Part shown: positions 53,826 to 63,255 of the stretch, piece by piece
Numbering within the stretch: the first letter of the stretch is position 1
How the letters are laid out: each line of letters begins with the position of its first letter
Virus genome (UHGV): UHGV-0023958
From: a virus
Strand: one strand, 5' to 3'
DNA length: 64,000 bases
Translations under genes and position numbers: made by a program
The notes under the pieces: model-generated
What the model was told of the DNA's origin: nothing
The model's input: only the letters and a program-made list of their open reading frames with translations
The model's database searches: none

Positions 53826-54275
53826 ATGAATATGCCTTTTTTGAAGAGTCTGTCTGATTTATTCGATGAAAAAGTAAAAGATAAAAAATTTACAATCGAT
53901 AGAACGGAAAAAGATGTTTGGGGTAGCGAAGTTGTAATCGTTGACGGTGAAAATATACAAAAATATAAACTTGAGACTTGGGCTATCTCCGTACCATTTA
54001 AACAAACAGATTCTGCAAATGATATTGTTTGTCGTGCATTAAAACAATTAATTCCAGCAGAAGAATTGCATTTACCTGATAAATCTGTATTCATCAAAGA
54101 TCATAAGTATATTGAGGGATATAAAATTCATCAGTTATGTGAGTGGCGATTGCTTGAGGACGATGGAAATTATTATGTAGGCAGAGCGTTTGATAAAGAT
54201 GAAATTAAAAAAGGATATACAAATTATTTGATATTTGTTAAATATGCTAAAATATTGGAGGATAATGATGGTTGA
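53826..54275 (+). CDS. Hypothetical protein.
   Basis: RBS gaggtgag. Confidence 0.4.
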   Translation: MNMPFLKSLSDLFDEKVKDKKFTIDRTEKDVWGSEVVIVDGENIQKYKLETWAISVPFKQTDSANDIVCRALKQLIPAEELHLPDKSVFIKDHKYIEGYKIHQLCEWRLLEDDGNYYVGRAFDKDEIKKGYTNYLIFVKYAKILEDNDG

Positions 54276-54453
54276 GTTAATTATCGGAATCATATTCTTA
54301 TTAATAGGATTTTTAGGAATATTTGTAAGGTTTGATTGGGTATGTAAGAAAATCTATCAGTATGAAGGAATTTTTCTTTTTATAGTTTTTATGATTTTTA
54401 TCATTGGATTTCTATTTTTGATAGATGGAGTCGGAATTATTTTGGCGAGGTAA
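54265..54453 (+). CDS. Small two-TM membrane protein.
   Basis: RBS tggagg. Confidence 0.3.
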   Translation: MMVELIIGIIFLLIGFLGIFVRFDWVCKKIYQYEGIFLFIVFMIFIIGFLFLIDGVGIILAR

Positions 54454-54460
54454 GCGGATT

Positions 54461-54613
54461 ATGTTAGGATTAGGGTGTAAATGTGAGCATTTAACAAAAG
54501 AACAGGTTTTGTACAATCTTCTTTATATTATTAGAAATAACGAAGGCGAGAAGTTAGAAAATCTTGTTTGCGATTTTGTGAGAAATTATTTTAAAAACGA
54601 GGATGAAAAATGA
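54461..54613 (+). CDS. Small protein.
   Basis: RBS gcgagg. Confidence 0.3.
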   Translation: MLGLGCKCEHLTKEQVLYNLLYIIRNNEGEKLENLVCDFVRNYFKNEDEK

Positions 54614-55212
54614 AAGATTGGAATGGAAATGGCAATTCTATTTTTAAGACACTTGGAGCGAGCAACCACACCGATAAAGAACGAGAAGAACATGATTTTT
54701 ATGCCACTTCTCCGATTGCTATCGATAAGTTATATAACACCGGTGAATTAACTTGTAAGAATATTTGGGAATGTGCTTGTGGTGAGGGACATTTGGCTAA
54801 AAAACTTGTTGAATATGGTTACAATATAAAAGCAACGGATCTTATTAACAGGGGTTACGGAGAAGGTGGTGTTGATTTTCTAACCTGTAAAGATAAGTTC
54901 AATGGAGATATTTTAACCAATCCACCTTATAAATATGCAGCAGAGTTCACATTAAAAGCACTTGATTTAGTTCCAGAAGGAAATAAGGTATTTATGTTTT
55001 TAAAACTAACATTTCTTGAAGGGAAAAAGAGATATGATGAATTGTTTTCTAAATATCCACCTAAAAAGATTTATGTTTTTTCGCAGAGAGTTCTGTGTGC
55101 TAAAAATGCAGACTTTGATGGAATGAAAGCTGGCGGTGGTTCTGCAGTCGCTTACGCCTGGTATGTCTGGGAAAAAGGATATACTGGTGATACGATTATA
55201 AAATGGATTTAA
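54610..55212 (+). CDS. DNA N6-adenine methyltransferase with an NPPY motif.
   Basis: ILTNPPYKY motif IV; upstream CACGEGH. Confidence 0.55.
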   Translation: MKDWNGNGNSIFKTLGASNHTDKEREEHDFYATSPIAIDKLYNTGELTCKNIWECACGEGHLAKKLVEYGYNIKATDLINRGYGEGGVDFLTCKDKFNGDILTNPPYKYAAEFTLKALDLVPEGNKVFMFLKLTFLEGKKRYDELFSKYPPKKIYVFSQRVLCAKNADFDGMKAGGGSAVAYAWYVWEKGYTGDTIIKWI

Positions 55213-55224
55213 GGAGAAAAATAA

Positions 55225-55518
55225 ATGAAACCTTTTATTATTTTTAAAGAATTGAAAGATAACAAAGTTGAATTGACAAAAGAAGAATTTGAAGAATTTA
55301 TTACGAAGGCTTATGATCAAGGTTATACTGATGGAAAGAAAGATAATAACTATATTTATCCTGTAACTCCAACTTGGAATAATCCATGTATTAAAAATCC
55401 GAATGATGTAACAACAGTACCGTTTGTATATCAAACTTCGGTAACATGTAATACAAGCGAAGATAATAATTGTAAAAATATTAAAGCAGAGGCATCCCCA
55501 ATACTTGGGTGTCTTTAA
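55225..55518 (+). CDS. Hypothetical protein.
   Basis: RBS aaggag. Confidence 0.4.
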   Translation: MKPFIIFKELKDNKVELTKEEFEEFITKAYDQGYTDGKKDNNYIYPVTPTWNNPCIKNPNDVTTVPFVYQTSVTCNTSEDNNCKNIKAEASPILGCL

Positions 55519-55532
55519 AGAGGTATAAAAAA

Positions 55533-56126
55533 ATGACTGAAAAGACTAAAAAGAAAATCAGAATTAAATTCCGCAAGGAGTTTGCGGCTGGAAAACAAAA
55601 TCGCCACATTGATCCAGAAGGGAATATCGTTGATAATGAGTTGCGTTATTATTGGGAACAAAGACCGATTTATAACATCACGGGGTGCTTGGTTGGATCT
55701 GCTAAAGGATATTTAAAAAGAATTACCGAAAAAGATAATAACGAAAATTTCGATGATCTTGATGAAATTATTTACGATGATAATGGTTTAGTAGATATGC
55801 TTATCCCGTGTCAAAGATCTTATAATGCTTTAAAAGGTAGATACGCAGAATATATAAATAGACTTTCTACTGGAGTAATTGTTGTTGAAGATGGATCTGC
55901 AGATATCGATGAACTTGCAGAAGATGGATTTACTTCTGGAAAGGTAATCGTTTATAGACAAGGCTCGGTTCCACCAACGATTTCATACACAGATCCAAAA
56001 GTATTAGAAACTATCAATGAACAATGCAATGCGATTTATAATGAGATGCTTGAAATTGTAAGATTGTTTATTTTACGTTGCTGCGGCAATGATATTATGC
56101 CGAATTTGGCAAATTGGAAAAGATGA
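55533..56126 (+). CDS. Hypothetical protein.
   Basis: RBS aagagg. Confidence 0.4.
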   Translation: MTEKTKKKIRIKFRKEFAAGKQNRHIDPEGNIVDNELRYYWEQRPIYNITGCLVGSAKGYLKRITEKDNNENFDDLDEIIYDDNGLVDMLIPCQRSYNALKGRYAEYINRLSTGVIVVEDGSADIDELAEDGFTSGKVIVYRQGSVPPTISYTDPKVLETINEQCNAIYNEMLEIVRLFILRCCGNDIMPNLANWKR

Positions 56127-56494
56127 AATTATTTATACTATTTGTAATGATTTTCGCCCATATTGTAGACGATTATTATTTACAAGGAATATTGGCAAGC
56201 CTAAAACAGAAAACTTGGTGGGAAAATCAAAAAAGTTATAAACCAATGTACAAATATGACTATATTGTCGCACTAATTATGCACGCGTTTAGCTGGTCGT
56301 TTATGGTTTCATTGCCGATTTTATACCTTGGTTTTACAAAGTTGATTGCTGTTGCAATAATTTTAAACACACTTGTTCACGGAATAGTCGATGATTTAAA
56401 AGCGAATAAACACAAAATCAATCTAATTGTAGATCAATCAATTCATATTATTCAGATTATTATTACTTGGGTTTTGCTGGTTGTAATAAAATAA
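56123..56494 (+). CDS. Membrane protein with four TM helices.
   Basis: Hydrophobic. Confidence 0.4.
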   Translation: MKLFILFVMIFAHIVDDYYLQGILASLKQKTWWENQKSYKPMYKYDYIVALIMHAFSWSFMVSLPILYLGFTKLIAVAIILNTLVHGIVDDLKANKHKINLIVDQSIHIIQIIITWVLLVVIK

Positions 56495-56515
56495 ATGATT
56501 TATAAGGAGAAAAAA

Positions 56516-56716
56516 ATGAAATTAAAGATTAATTTAGAGCAAGAAATGACAGAAGAGGAACTTGATGTTCTTTATGAAGAATTTGATATTGACGGAGAAA
56601 ACAAGGCAGCACAGTTGTGCTTTTTGCTGAAGTCGGTATTGGTGGCGCAATTGAACAAAGATGAGAGTTTGAGTTATATGAACAACAAGCCAAAGGTAAA
56701 TGTTACATTAGAATAA
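56516..56716 (+). CDS. Small acidic protein.
   Basis: RBS aaggag. Confidence 0.35.
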   Translation: MKLKINLEQEMTEEELDVLYEEFDIDGENKAAQLCFLLKSVLVAQLNKDESLSYMNNKPKVNVTLE

Positions 56717-56721
56717 TTTTT

Positions 56722-57201
56722 ATGGGAGTAATTATGAAAGCAAACAGGCATGTATACAATGATTTTCCCGATTTCACCCAAGAAGTTTGTTATGAAGTCA
56801 CTAGTAAAGTGACTTTCCAAAACGGTGTTAAAGACGAGGTAAAAACAACGATTGTTTGCGATGATGCTTATGCCGCAATGAAGATGGTTAGAGAATTTCT
56901 CTTGTCGAAGAAAGATTGGCTTGTAACAGAAGTCCATGGGCAGAGTTATGAATGTTGTTCGTTGTTGGTTGGAAAAACTGAAACTCCGCGATTAAAATAT
57001 GCTATCATTTGCGATGATAGAAATGGCGTAGTTTGTGATGATGGGAATTATGAAGAAATTAAACATTATTCAGTTATTCGTGCAATTCCCGATAAAGTCG
57101 CTATTTACCACGGAATATTTGACACAGAAAAACTTGCGGAAAAATATTGCGCAAAGTTCAACAAAAAATGGGAAAAAATATTTCATGGAGTATTAATTTA
57201 A
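56722..57201 (+). CDS. Hypothetical Cys-rich protein.
   Basis: ORF track. Confidence 0.4.
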   Translation: MGVIMKANRHVYNDFPDFTQEVCYEVTSKVTFQNGVKDEVKTTIVCDDAYAAMKMVREFLLSKKDWLVTEVHGQSYECCSLLVGKTETPRLKYAIICDDRNGVVCDDGNYEEIKHYSVIRAIPDKVAIYHGIFDTEKLAEKYCAKFNKKWEKIFHGVLI

Positions 57202-57209
57202 AAAATTTT

Positions 57210-57259
57210 AAAGTCAACTATGAAAATTAGTTGACTTTTTATTTTTTTTATAGTATAAT
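57210..57259 (+). promoter_or_regulatory. 11-bp perfect hairpin aaagtcaacta / tagttgacttt with loop tgaaaat and a T-tract. The -35 TTGACT sits in the 3' arm, with TTGACT-N17-TATAAT.
   Basis: Seen in the sequence. Confidence 0.55.
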
Positions 57260-57291
57260 ATTATTGTAAATTCAAACAAGGAGAAACGAAT

Positions 57292-57711
57292 ATGAGAATT
57301 GAAATTATGACAACACCTATTTATGTATCAGATGATGGTAAGAAAAAATCGCATTTTCCGTCTGAAATTGAAGCGTATGAAAGTATGCAATTAAAAGAAA
57401 TTTTTGAAAGAAGAACCACTGTTGCTAATATTTCTGCATCCACAACTTTGTATCTTTTTAAGAAAGGCGATATAAAAACATTTAAGGAATTTCATCCTGA
57501 AGCTTATCTTGATTCTATAAGTGAAGATGAAGAAGGGTATTTTGTTTATGCTTATGATTCAACTTATGATAGTTATAATTTGTATCAGAAGAGATGTTAT
57601 GAAACAATGATTTTGGAGAGAATTGAGCATTATAAAAATATTCTTGATAAGATCACAGACAGCATTGTGGTAAGAGAGAACTTTCAATAGGTGAATAACG
57701 GAGGATTATAA
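57292..57711 (+). CDS. Hypothetical protein. The track ends at TAG 57688-57690, but the frame reaches TAA six codons later.
   Basis: This is the only early gene whose first stop is TAG; an in-frame TAA follows after QVNNGGL. Confidence 0.4.
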
Positions 57712-57717
57712 AGTTAT

Positions 57718-58170
57718 ATGAGAACTGTTAGTAAAGACATTATGATGATTTGCAAAGGCTGGTATACTAATCGTGAAGAAATTGGTAAACGGCAGGCGGT
57801 TGAAAACTATATCAAAGAGTATCTTGAATGTGAACCTTATAGTGATTGCGTTGTAGATATTCTTTATAAGGCTGTTGAAAAAATTCGCGAATCAAACAAA
57901 ATCGGAAAATATTTAGTCGAACAAAGCCAAAAAAGCAATGGAAAACTTCCCGCAATCGATTTTATGATTGAAAGTCTGATACATTTACTTGCTTTTAAAG
58001 TAACTTTAAAAATGGATTTGTCTGATTATAAAGCAATTCAAGATTATGTTCGTGGGAAAGACGGCGGTGCGATTATTAACCTTGAAAATATGTCTGTAGT
58101 TATGCCCGACAACAAACCTTGGTGGGTTAGATTTAAAAATGATGAAGTAGAGGATGATTTATGGAATTAA
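57718..58170 (+). CDS. Hypothetical protein.
   Basis: RBS ggagga. Confidence 0.4.
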   Translation: MRTVSKDIMMICKGWYTNREEIGKRQAVENYIKEYLECEPYSDCVVDILYKAVEKIRESNKIGKYLVEQSQKSNGKLPAIDFMIESLIHLLAFKVTLKMDLSDYKAIQDYVRGKDGGAIINLENMSVVMPDNKPWWVRFKNDEVEDDLWN

Positions 58171-58877
58171 ATAGATATTTTGATTATGAATTTGATGGAG
58201 ATACTGAATCTCAAGCAGACGAAATTGTGCACGAAGCAAAAGATAAGCTCGTAGATTTGATTTATGAAAATGTAAAATCAGAAATTGAAGAAGATAAAAA
58301 AAATTATGTAAGGGCCAAAGAAAGAGCCGATGAGCTGCAGAAAGAGTGTTATGAAAAAAGAGAAAAAATCAATGCTCTTGAAATTGAATTAAAGAAAGTA
58401 AAAGAAGAGCTTGAAAGAAGTGATAAGTTAATTCCCAAAACACCTTTTGCACTTGGTGATGAGGTTTGGATTCCTTATAGAAAGTATAGTGATAAAGGTG
58501 AGGTGAAATGCCCTATGTGTAATGGCGAAGGGTATATTACCACACCAACCTATATTTATGGAACGCTTAAATGTATCTGCCCACATTGTAATAATGAGTG
58601 GGGAAAAACAAAAGCGGAATATGATAAATACTCCGTGGAGCGTAGATATATTAAATCAATTAATATTTTTACAGATAAAGCAAAAGAGACCAGATTTGAC
58701 TACGGAACCATCGAAGATAAAAAGAATCTTGATGTCAAAGACTATCATTATGTAACTACCGTAACACATGTTTATGCAACAAGAGAAGAGGCGTTGGCGA
58801 AAGCGCAGGAGTGGGAAAACGAAAGCAAAAAGAAAGCAGAAGAAAAGATTTTTGGAGAAAATAAGTCAACTACCTAA
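58161..58877 (+). CDS. Coiled-coil / zinc-ribbon protein with CPMCNGEG and CPHCNNE.
   Basis: ORF track. Confidence 0.4.
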   Translation: MELNRYFDYEFDGDTESQADEIVHEAKDKLVDLIYENVKSEIEEDKKNYVRAKERADELQKECYEKREKINALEIELKKVKEELERSDKLIPKTPFALGDEVWIPYRKYSDKGEVKCPMCNGEGYITTPTYIYGTLKCICPHCNNEWGKTKAEYDKYSVERRYIKSINIFTDKAKETRFDYGTIEDKKNLDVKDYHYVTTVTHVYATREEALAKAQEWENESKKKAEEKIFGENKSTT

Positions 58878-59099
58878 TCCCTGAGTGGATGTGGGCTTTG
58901 TTCCCATTAGTTGATCAGACTAAGCGTTAAGCTACGTTATCAAAGAATATACAGGCACCGTAGGATGTATTCTCCAGTCTTACGCTCTGCGGTATGTGAT
59001 TAAACAGTTCTGATGGGTAGGAACAGTGTTGCATACGAAAACCTTTGAATAACATTGTCGTGGAGTAACCACTCTAACATATAGGAGGCTATAAAAGCA
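58878..59099 (+). ncRNA. Candidate omega-RNA scaffold for the downstream IscB.
   Basis: About 220 nt with no ORF and higher GC than flanks, immediately 5' of iscB; several local stems such as cgtagga...tcttacg. Confidence 0.4.
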
Positions 59100-60329
59100 A
59101 TGGTATATGTATTAAATAAACAAGGTGAGCCAATAATGCCTTGTAAAGAAGCAAAAGCAAGGAAATTGTTAAAACAAAACAAAGCAAAAATAGCAAAGTA
59201 TGAGCTATTTACAATTCAATTACTATTCGATTGTGAAAATCAAACGCAAGAAGTAAATCTCGGAATTGATGCAGGGAGCAAACATATAGGTGTTTCTGCA
59301 ACCACAGAAAAACAAGTTTTATACGAAGCTAATGTTGAGTTGAGAAATGATATTGTTGACAAATTATCTTCTCGTCGTGAAGCTCGCAGGACTCGTAGGA
59401 ATAGATTGAGATATAGACCTGCAAGGTTTAATAATAGAATTAAATCAAAACATAAAGGCTGGTTAGCACCAAGTGTTGAACAAAAGATAAATACGCATAT
59501 TCAAGTTATAAAACACTTATACGAGATTTTACCGATAACAAAACTTGTTATTGAAACTGCTCAATTTGATATTCAAAAAATCAACAATCCTGAAATATCT
59601 GGAGCAGAATATCAACAAGGTGAGCAATTAGGATTTTGGAATGTAAGAGAATATGTTTTATTTCGCGATAATCACGAATGTCAATATTGTCACGGGAAGT
59701 CAAAAGATGTTGTATTAAATGTGCACCATATTAAAAGTCGAAAAATAGGCGGCAATGCACCAAATAACTTGATCACTTTATGTGAAACTTGCCATAAAGC
59801 TTATCATAGTGGCGAAATTAAACTAAATCTCAAACGTGGTAAGAGCTATCGAGATGCAACATTTATGTGGGTTATGCGTAAAACATTATTGAATAGGTTG
59901 CGTAAATTATATACAAATGTTTACGAAACGTATGGTTATATAACTAAAAATGCTCGTAGCGAGAATAATTTACCAAAAGAACATTACATAGATGCTCGGT
60001 GTATAAGCGGCAATTCAAAAGCAAAACCGTTAGATTATTACATTTATCAGAAATGTGTTAGAAAACAGAACAGGCAAATTCATAAAAACAATTTCTTAAA
60101 AGGTAGATACAAAAAGAATAACCAACTAAATGGAAATGTTTTTGGATTTGAATTATTCGATACTGTAAAATATAAGAATAAACAATATTTTGTTTTTGGT
60201 AAACGCAAGTCTGGGTTTTTAGATGTAAGAAATCTAGACGGCGAAAAGGTAAACAATGGTTCAATAAGTTATAAAAAACTTAAAAGAATTAGATATAATT
60301 CAACAAAATTAACGGAAAGGAGGCGGTAA
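59100..60329 (+). CDS. iscB: IscB-like RNA-guided nuclease, OMEGA class, with PLMP, RuvC-I, arginine-rich bridge helix, RuvC-II, HNH and RuvC-III.
   Basis: GEPIMPC...FTIQLLFD (PLMP); LGIDAGSKHIGVS; RREARRTRRNRLRYRPARF; LVIETAQFD; CQYCHG...NVHHIKSR...CETCHKAYH; EHYIDA. RBS aggagg. Confidence 0.75.
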   Translation: MVYVLNKQGEPIMPCKEAKARKLLKQNKAKIAKYELFTIQLLFDCENQTQEVNLGIDAGSKHIGVSATTEKQVLYEANVELRNDIVDKLSSRREARRTRRNRLRYRPARFNNRIKSKHKGWLAPSVEQKINTHIQVIKHLYEILPITKLVIETAQFDIQKINNPEISGAEYQQGEQLGFWNVREYVLFRDNHECQYCHGKSKDVVLNVHHIKSRKIGGNAPNNLITLCETCHKAYHSGEIKLNLKRGKSYRDATFMWVMRKTLLNRLRKLYTNVYETYGYITKNARSENNLPKEHYIDARCISGNSKAKPLDYYIYQKCVRKQNRQIHKNNFLKGRYKKNNQLNGNVFGFELFDTVKYKNKQYFVFGKRKSGFLDVRNLDGEKVNNGSISYKKLKRIRYNSTKLTERRR

Positions 60330-60376
60330 TTCATCCGCGCACATAAATGGAACGCGGTTGATTTACCAAATAGACA

Positions 60377-60649
60377 ATGAAAAAAGTTTTGTTAATTGTA
60401 ATAGGATTTTTAAGCGGCGCATTTCTTTGTGGATGTGCGAGTGTGTCAAGAGCTACTAAATCTTGGAGTTCCGACATGAACGGTGGTCTTGAACGCATCA
60501 TAAATGTCTATACGCTTGATGGAAAGTTAATTGCTACCTATGAAGGAAAGGTTGATATTGACGATAATTCTAATGGTAGCATCATGTTCGATCTTAATGG
60601 GAAAAGATATGTATATTATAATGCTATTATTGAAGTGATTGAAAAATAA
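60377..60649 (+). CDS. Small lipoprotein with lipobox LCGC.
   Basis: MKKVLLIVIGFLSGAFLCGCAS. Confidence 0.45.
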   Translation: MKKVLLIVIGFLSGAFLCGCASVSRATKSWSSDMNGGLERIINVYTLDGKLIATYEGKVDIDDNSNGSIMFDLNGKRYVYYNAIIEVIEK

Positions 60650-60664
60650 TTTAAAAAAATTTCA

Positions 60665-60712
60665 AAAAGTCAGCTAATTTTAGTTGACTTTTTCTTCTTT
60701 TTATTATATAAT
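60665..60712 (+). promoter_or_regulatory. Hairpin aaaagtcagcta / tagttgactttt plus a T-tract. The -35 TTGACT is in the 3' arm, with TTGACT-N17-TATAAT.
   Basis: Seen in the sequence; one G-U pair. Confidence 0.5.
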
Positions 60713-60748
60713 ATACATGTAAAAAATCAATGAGAGGTGTATAGTAAA

Positions 60749-61114
60749 ATGGAAAAAGAGTTTAAGCTTGAATTAAAGAAGAAACAGAACTATAATAACA
60801 TGTTTTACAGATACAGTTATGAAACCTGTAAAATTTGGTTTAGTCAAGAACAAACAACTGGAAATATTTATAGAATAAATATTGTAGATGAACAATATCC
60901 AGAGGTAGATTACTATGTAGATGATACAGAAGATAGATTTTACCCTTTACAAATTAGATTAGATTTTCCACGACTGTTTATTAAAAATGATTCTAATTTT
61001 GAATCTGCTAAGAAAAAATTACAGGATTGTTGTTTAAGAAGACATGCTATTGAAGACTTTCTACTTTCTAGTGAGCACTACAAACTTTGGTTAGAAAAAC
61101 ACGGAGAAATTTAA
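60749..61114 (+). CDS. Hypothetical protein.
   Basis: RBS gagaggtg. Confidence 0.4.
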   Translation: MEKEFKLELKKKQNYNNMFYRYSYETCKIWFSQEQTTGNIYRINIVDEQYPEVDYYVDDTEDRFYPLQIRLDFPRLFIKNDSNFESAKKKLQDCCLRRHAIEDFLLSSEHYKLWLEKHGEI

Positions 61115-61116
61115 TT

Positions 61117-61899
61117 ATGGGAAAAACTAATAAAATGCCTGGACTTGGCGATAGAATGAAAGATTATGAAAATGTAAATAGGTTTTATTTAACAAGAAGA
61201 ATGCCATTAATTATAAGAATTGACGGCCGTGCTTTTCATACTTTTTGTAGAGGATTTAAGAAGCCTTACGATAGAATATTTGCAGAATCAATGCAAGCTA
61301 CCGCGCTTAATTTATGTAAAAATATTGAAGGTTGCAAATTAGCTTACACTCAATCTGATGAAATTTCTTTACTTCTTACCGATTATGATGAATTAAATAC
61401 GCAGGCTTGGTTTGATAAAAATTTGCAAAAAATAGTTAGTATTAGTGCGTCTCTTGCAACTCTTTATTTTAACACATCATTTAAAGATTTATCTGAAAAA
61501 TGGTTTGAAAGATATTATGAAGCTTGGAACTATACGGAAGAAGATAGCAAATATTATTGGACTTTAGGAAGAGCAGAATTTACTGCAACATTTGATTCAA
61601 GAGCTTTTTGTTTACCCAAAGAAGAGGTTGCAAATTACTATATTTGGCGACAGAAAGATGCAACCAGAAATTCTATAAATTCTCTTGCTCAAGCTAATTT
61701 TTCTCACAAATCGCTTCAAGGATTAAATGTAAATCAGGTACAAGACAAACTTGTAAATGAAAAAGGAATTAATTGGAACGATCAATTGACTGAGTTTAAA
61801 AGAGGAATTTGCTGTGTAAAAACAGAAGAAGGTTGGAAAATAGATAAAGAAATTCCCGTATTTACTGAAGATAGAAATTACATTGAGAGGTTTATTTAA
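61117..61899 (+). CDS. Thg1-like 3'-5' nucleotidyltransferase, tRNA-His guanylyltransferase family.
   Basis: MKDYENVNRFYLTRRMPLIIRIDGRAFHTF at the N-terminus; ANYYIWRQKDATRNSINSLAQ. Confidence 0.55.
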   Translation: MGKTNKMPGLGDRMKDYENVNRFYLTRRMPLIIRIDGRAFHTFCRGFKKPYDRIFAESMQATALNLCKNIEGCKLAYTQSDEISLLLTDYDELNTQAWFDKNLQKIVSISASLATLYFNTSFKDLSEKWFERYYEAWNYTEEDSKYYWTLGRAEFTATFDSRAFCLPKEEVANYYIWRQKDATRNSINSLAQANFSHKSLQGLNVNQVQDKLVNEKGINWNDQLTEFKRGICCVKTEEGWKIDKEIPVFTEDRNYIERFI

Positions 61900-61901
61900 T
61901 T

Positions 61902-62291
61902 ATGAAAATTTATGAATATCTTAATAGATTACGTAGAGAAGAGCGTACGATTTATCTTGGTGAAACAGATCAAGAAATTGAACTTGATATACTTTTAAAA
62001 ATTGATCATAAATATTACCGTTGTTGTAAACAGGATTTAAAAAAAGACATTTTATATGTTGAATTTGTAGATTATTACCTTCCAAGAATGGATGACGATT
62101 ATTGCGACGATAATTTAAGATGTCCTTTTTGCGGATATGAGGAAAAGGATTCTTTTGAACTTTCGGATGAGGACGATGAGTATATTTGCCCTCAATGCGG
62201 TAGCACACTAAAATATCATAGGGAGATCAAAATATCTTATGATGTTGAAGTTGTTGAAGAAAAAGAGCCTTTGGAGGTAAAATTCAAATAA
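61902..62291 (+). CDS. Zinc-ribbon protein with CPFCG ... CPQCG.
   Basis: ORF track. Confidence 0.4.
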   Translation: MKIYEYLNRLRREERTIYLGETDQEIELDILLKIDHKYYRCCKQDLKKDILYVEFVDYYLPRMDDDYCDDNLRCPFCGYEEKDSFELSDEDDEYICPQCGSTLKYHREIKISYDVEVVEEKEPLEVKFK

Positions 62292-62452
62292 TGACTAACT
62301 TTGAAAAAATAAAGAATATGAGCATGAAAAAGTTAGCAGACTATCTTGCGGGATTGGTAGACTGTTATGGTTGTCGTATCAATTGTTGTAAAAAGACCTG
62401 TAAATGCGCGTGGATAGAATGGCTAAAAAGCGAGGCGGAAAACAATGGCTAA
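62291..62452 (+). CDS. Small Cys-rich protein of 53 aa.
   Basis: ATG overlapping the upstream stop as ATGA; not in the track. Confidence 0.25.
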   Translation: MTNFEKIKNMSMKKLADYLAGLVDCYGCRINCCKKTCKCAWIEWLKSEAENNG

Positions 62453-62645
62453 AATTTTGGATCATTGTGTAATTTATACTGCAGACGATGAAGAACCTGA
62501 TTGCTTGATGTGTGATCACTGTCAAAGTAGCGACCTTTGTAGCGAATGTGGACCTGAACATTGGTGGCACTATTATGAGAGAGAAGAACAAAAATCTGAA
62601 ATGAATAGATTGGTTAGAGCTTTAGAGAGATTAGGTTTAAAATGA
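62445..62645 (+). CDS. Small Cys-rich protein.
   Basis: ORF track. Confidence 0.35.
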   Translation: MAKILDHCVIYTADDEEPDCLMCDHCQSSDLCSECGPEHWWHYYEREEQKSEMNRLVRALERLGLK

Positions 62646-62803
62646 AATATATTGTATTTGTAAGTATAACTACAGGTATAGAAGTTGAAGCTTTAAATGA
62701 AGAGGATGCTAAAAAGAAAGTTTGTGACAACTTAGTAGCAACAAATCAGATAAAGCCAGCAGATTATGTAAAAATAGAGGGAGCAACAGAGGTAAATATA
62801 TAA
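62642..62803 (+). CDS. Small protein of 53 aa.
   Basis: ATGA overlap; not in the track. Confidence 0.25.
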   Translation: MKYIVFVSITTGIEVEALNEEDAKKKVCDNLVATNQIKPADYVKIEGATEVNI

Positions 62804-62868
62804 TGATGTATTTAGTTGAGTTGAAACAAGACAATATTTTATGATTCAGTAATTAAGGAGAAAAGTAT

Positions 62869-63240
62869 ATGTTAGTAAAAGATTGGTTGGGTGTAGTTAG
62901 TAGTGCACAAAATATTAAAGTCGTAGATGGTAACACCGAGGCGTATGGAACAAAAGAAAGTATAGAAGAAAATTATGGGGATTTTAGCTTAAAAAGCGTT
63001 GAGCAAGTAGACGATACGGATTTGTTGATTCTTTATGTTTCAAGTAAATGTCCTCATTATAGAGTTCGAACAATCCAGCATTATTTAAGCGAATACGAGA
63101 AAGGATATTATGCTGCATTACACGGCGGTATTTCTATTGAGTACACTGACAAAGAAGAATCTTATTGTTTAGGGACGAAGAATCGTGAGGTTTGTTATTG
63201 TGGCGGGAATAAAGCAAAATGCGAGTATTGCGTTAAGTAA
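62869..63240 (+). CDS. Hypothetical Cys-containing protein.
   Basis: RBS aaggag. Confidence 0.4.
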   Translation: MLVKDWLGVVSSAQNIKVVDGNTEAYGTKESIEENYGDFSLKSVEQVDDTDLLILYVSSKCPHYRVRTIQHYLSEYEKGYYAALHGGISIEYTDKEESYCLGTKNREVCYCGGNKAKCEYCVK

Positions 63241-63255
63241 ATAGGGAGAATAGAT

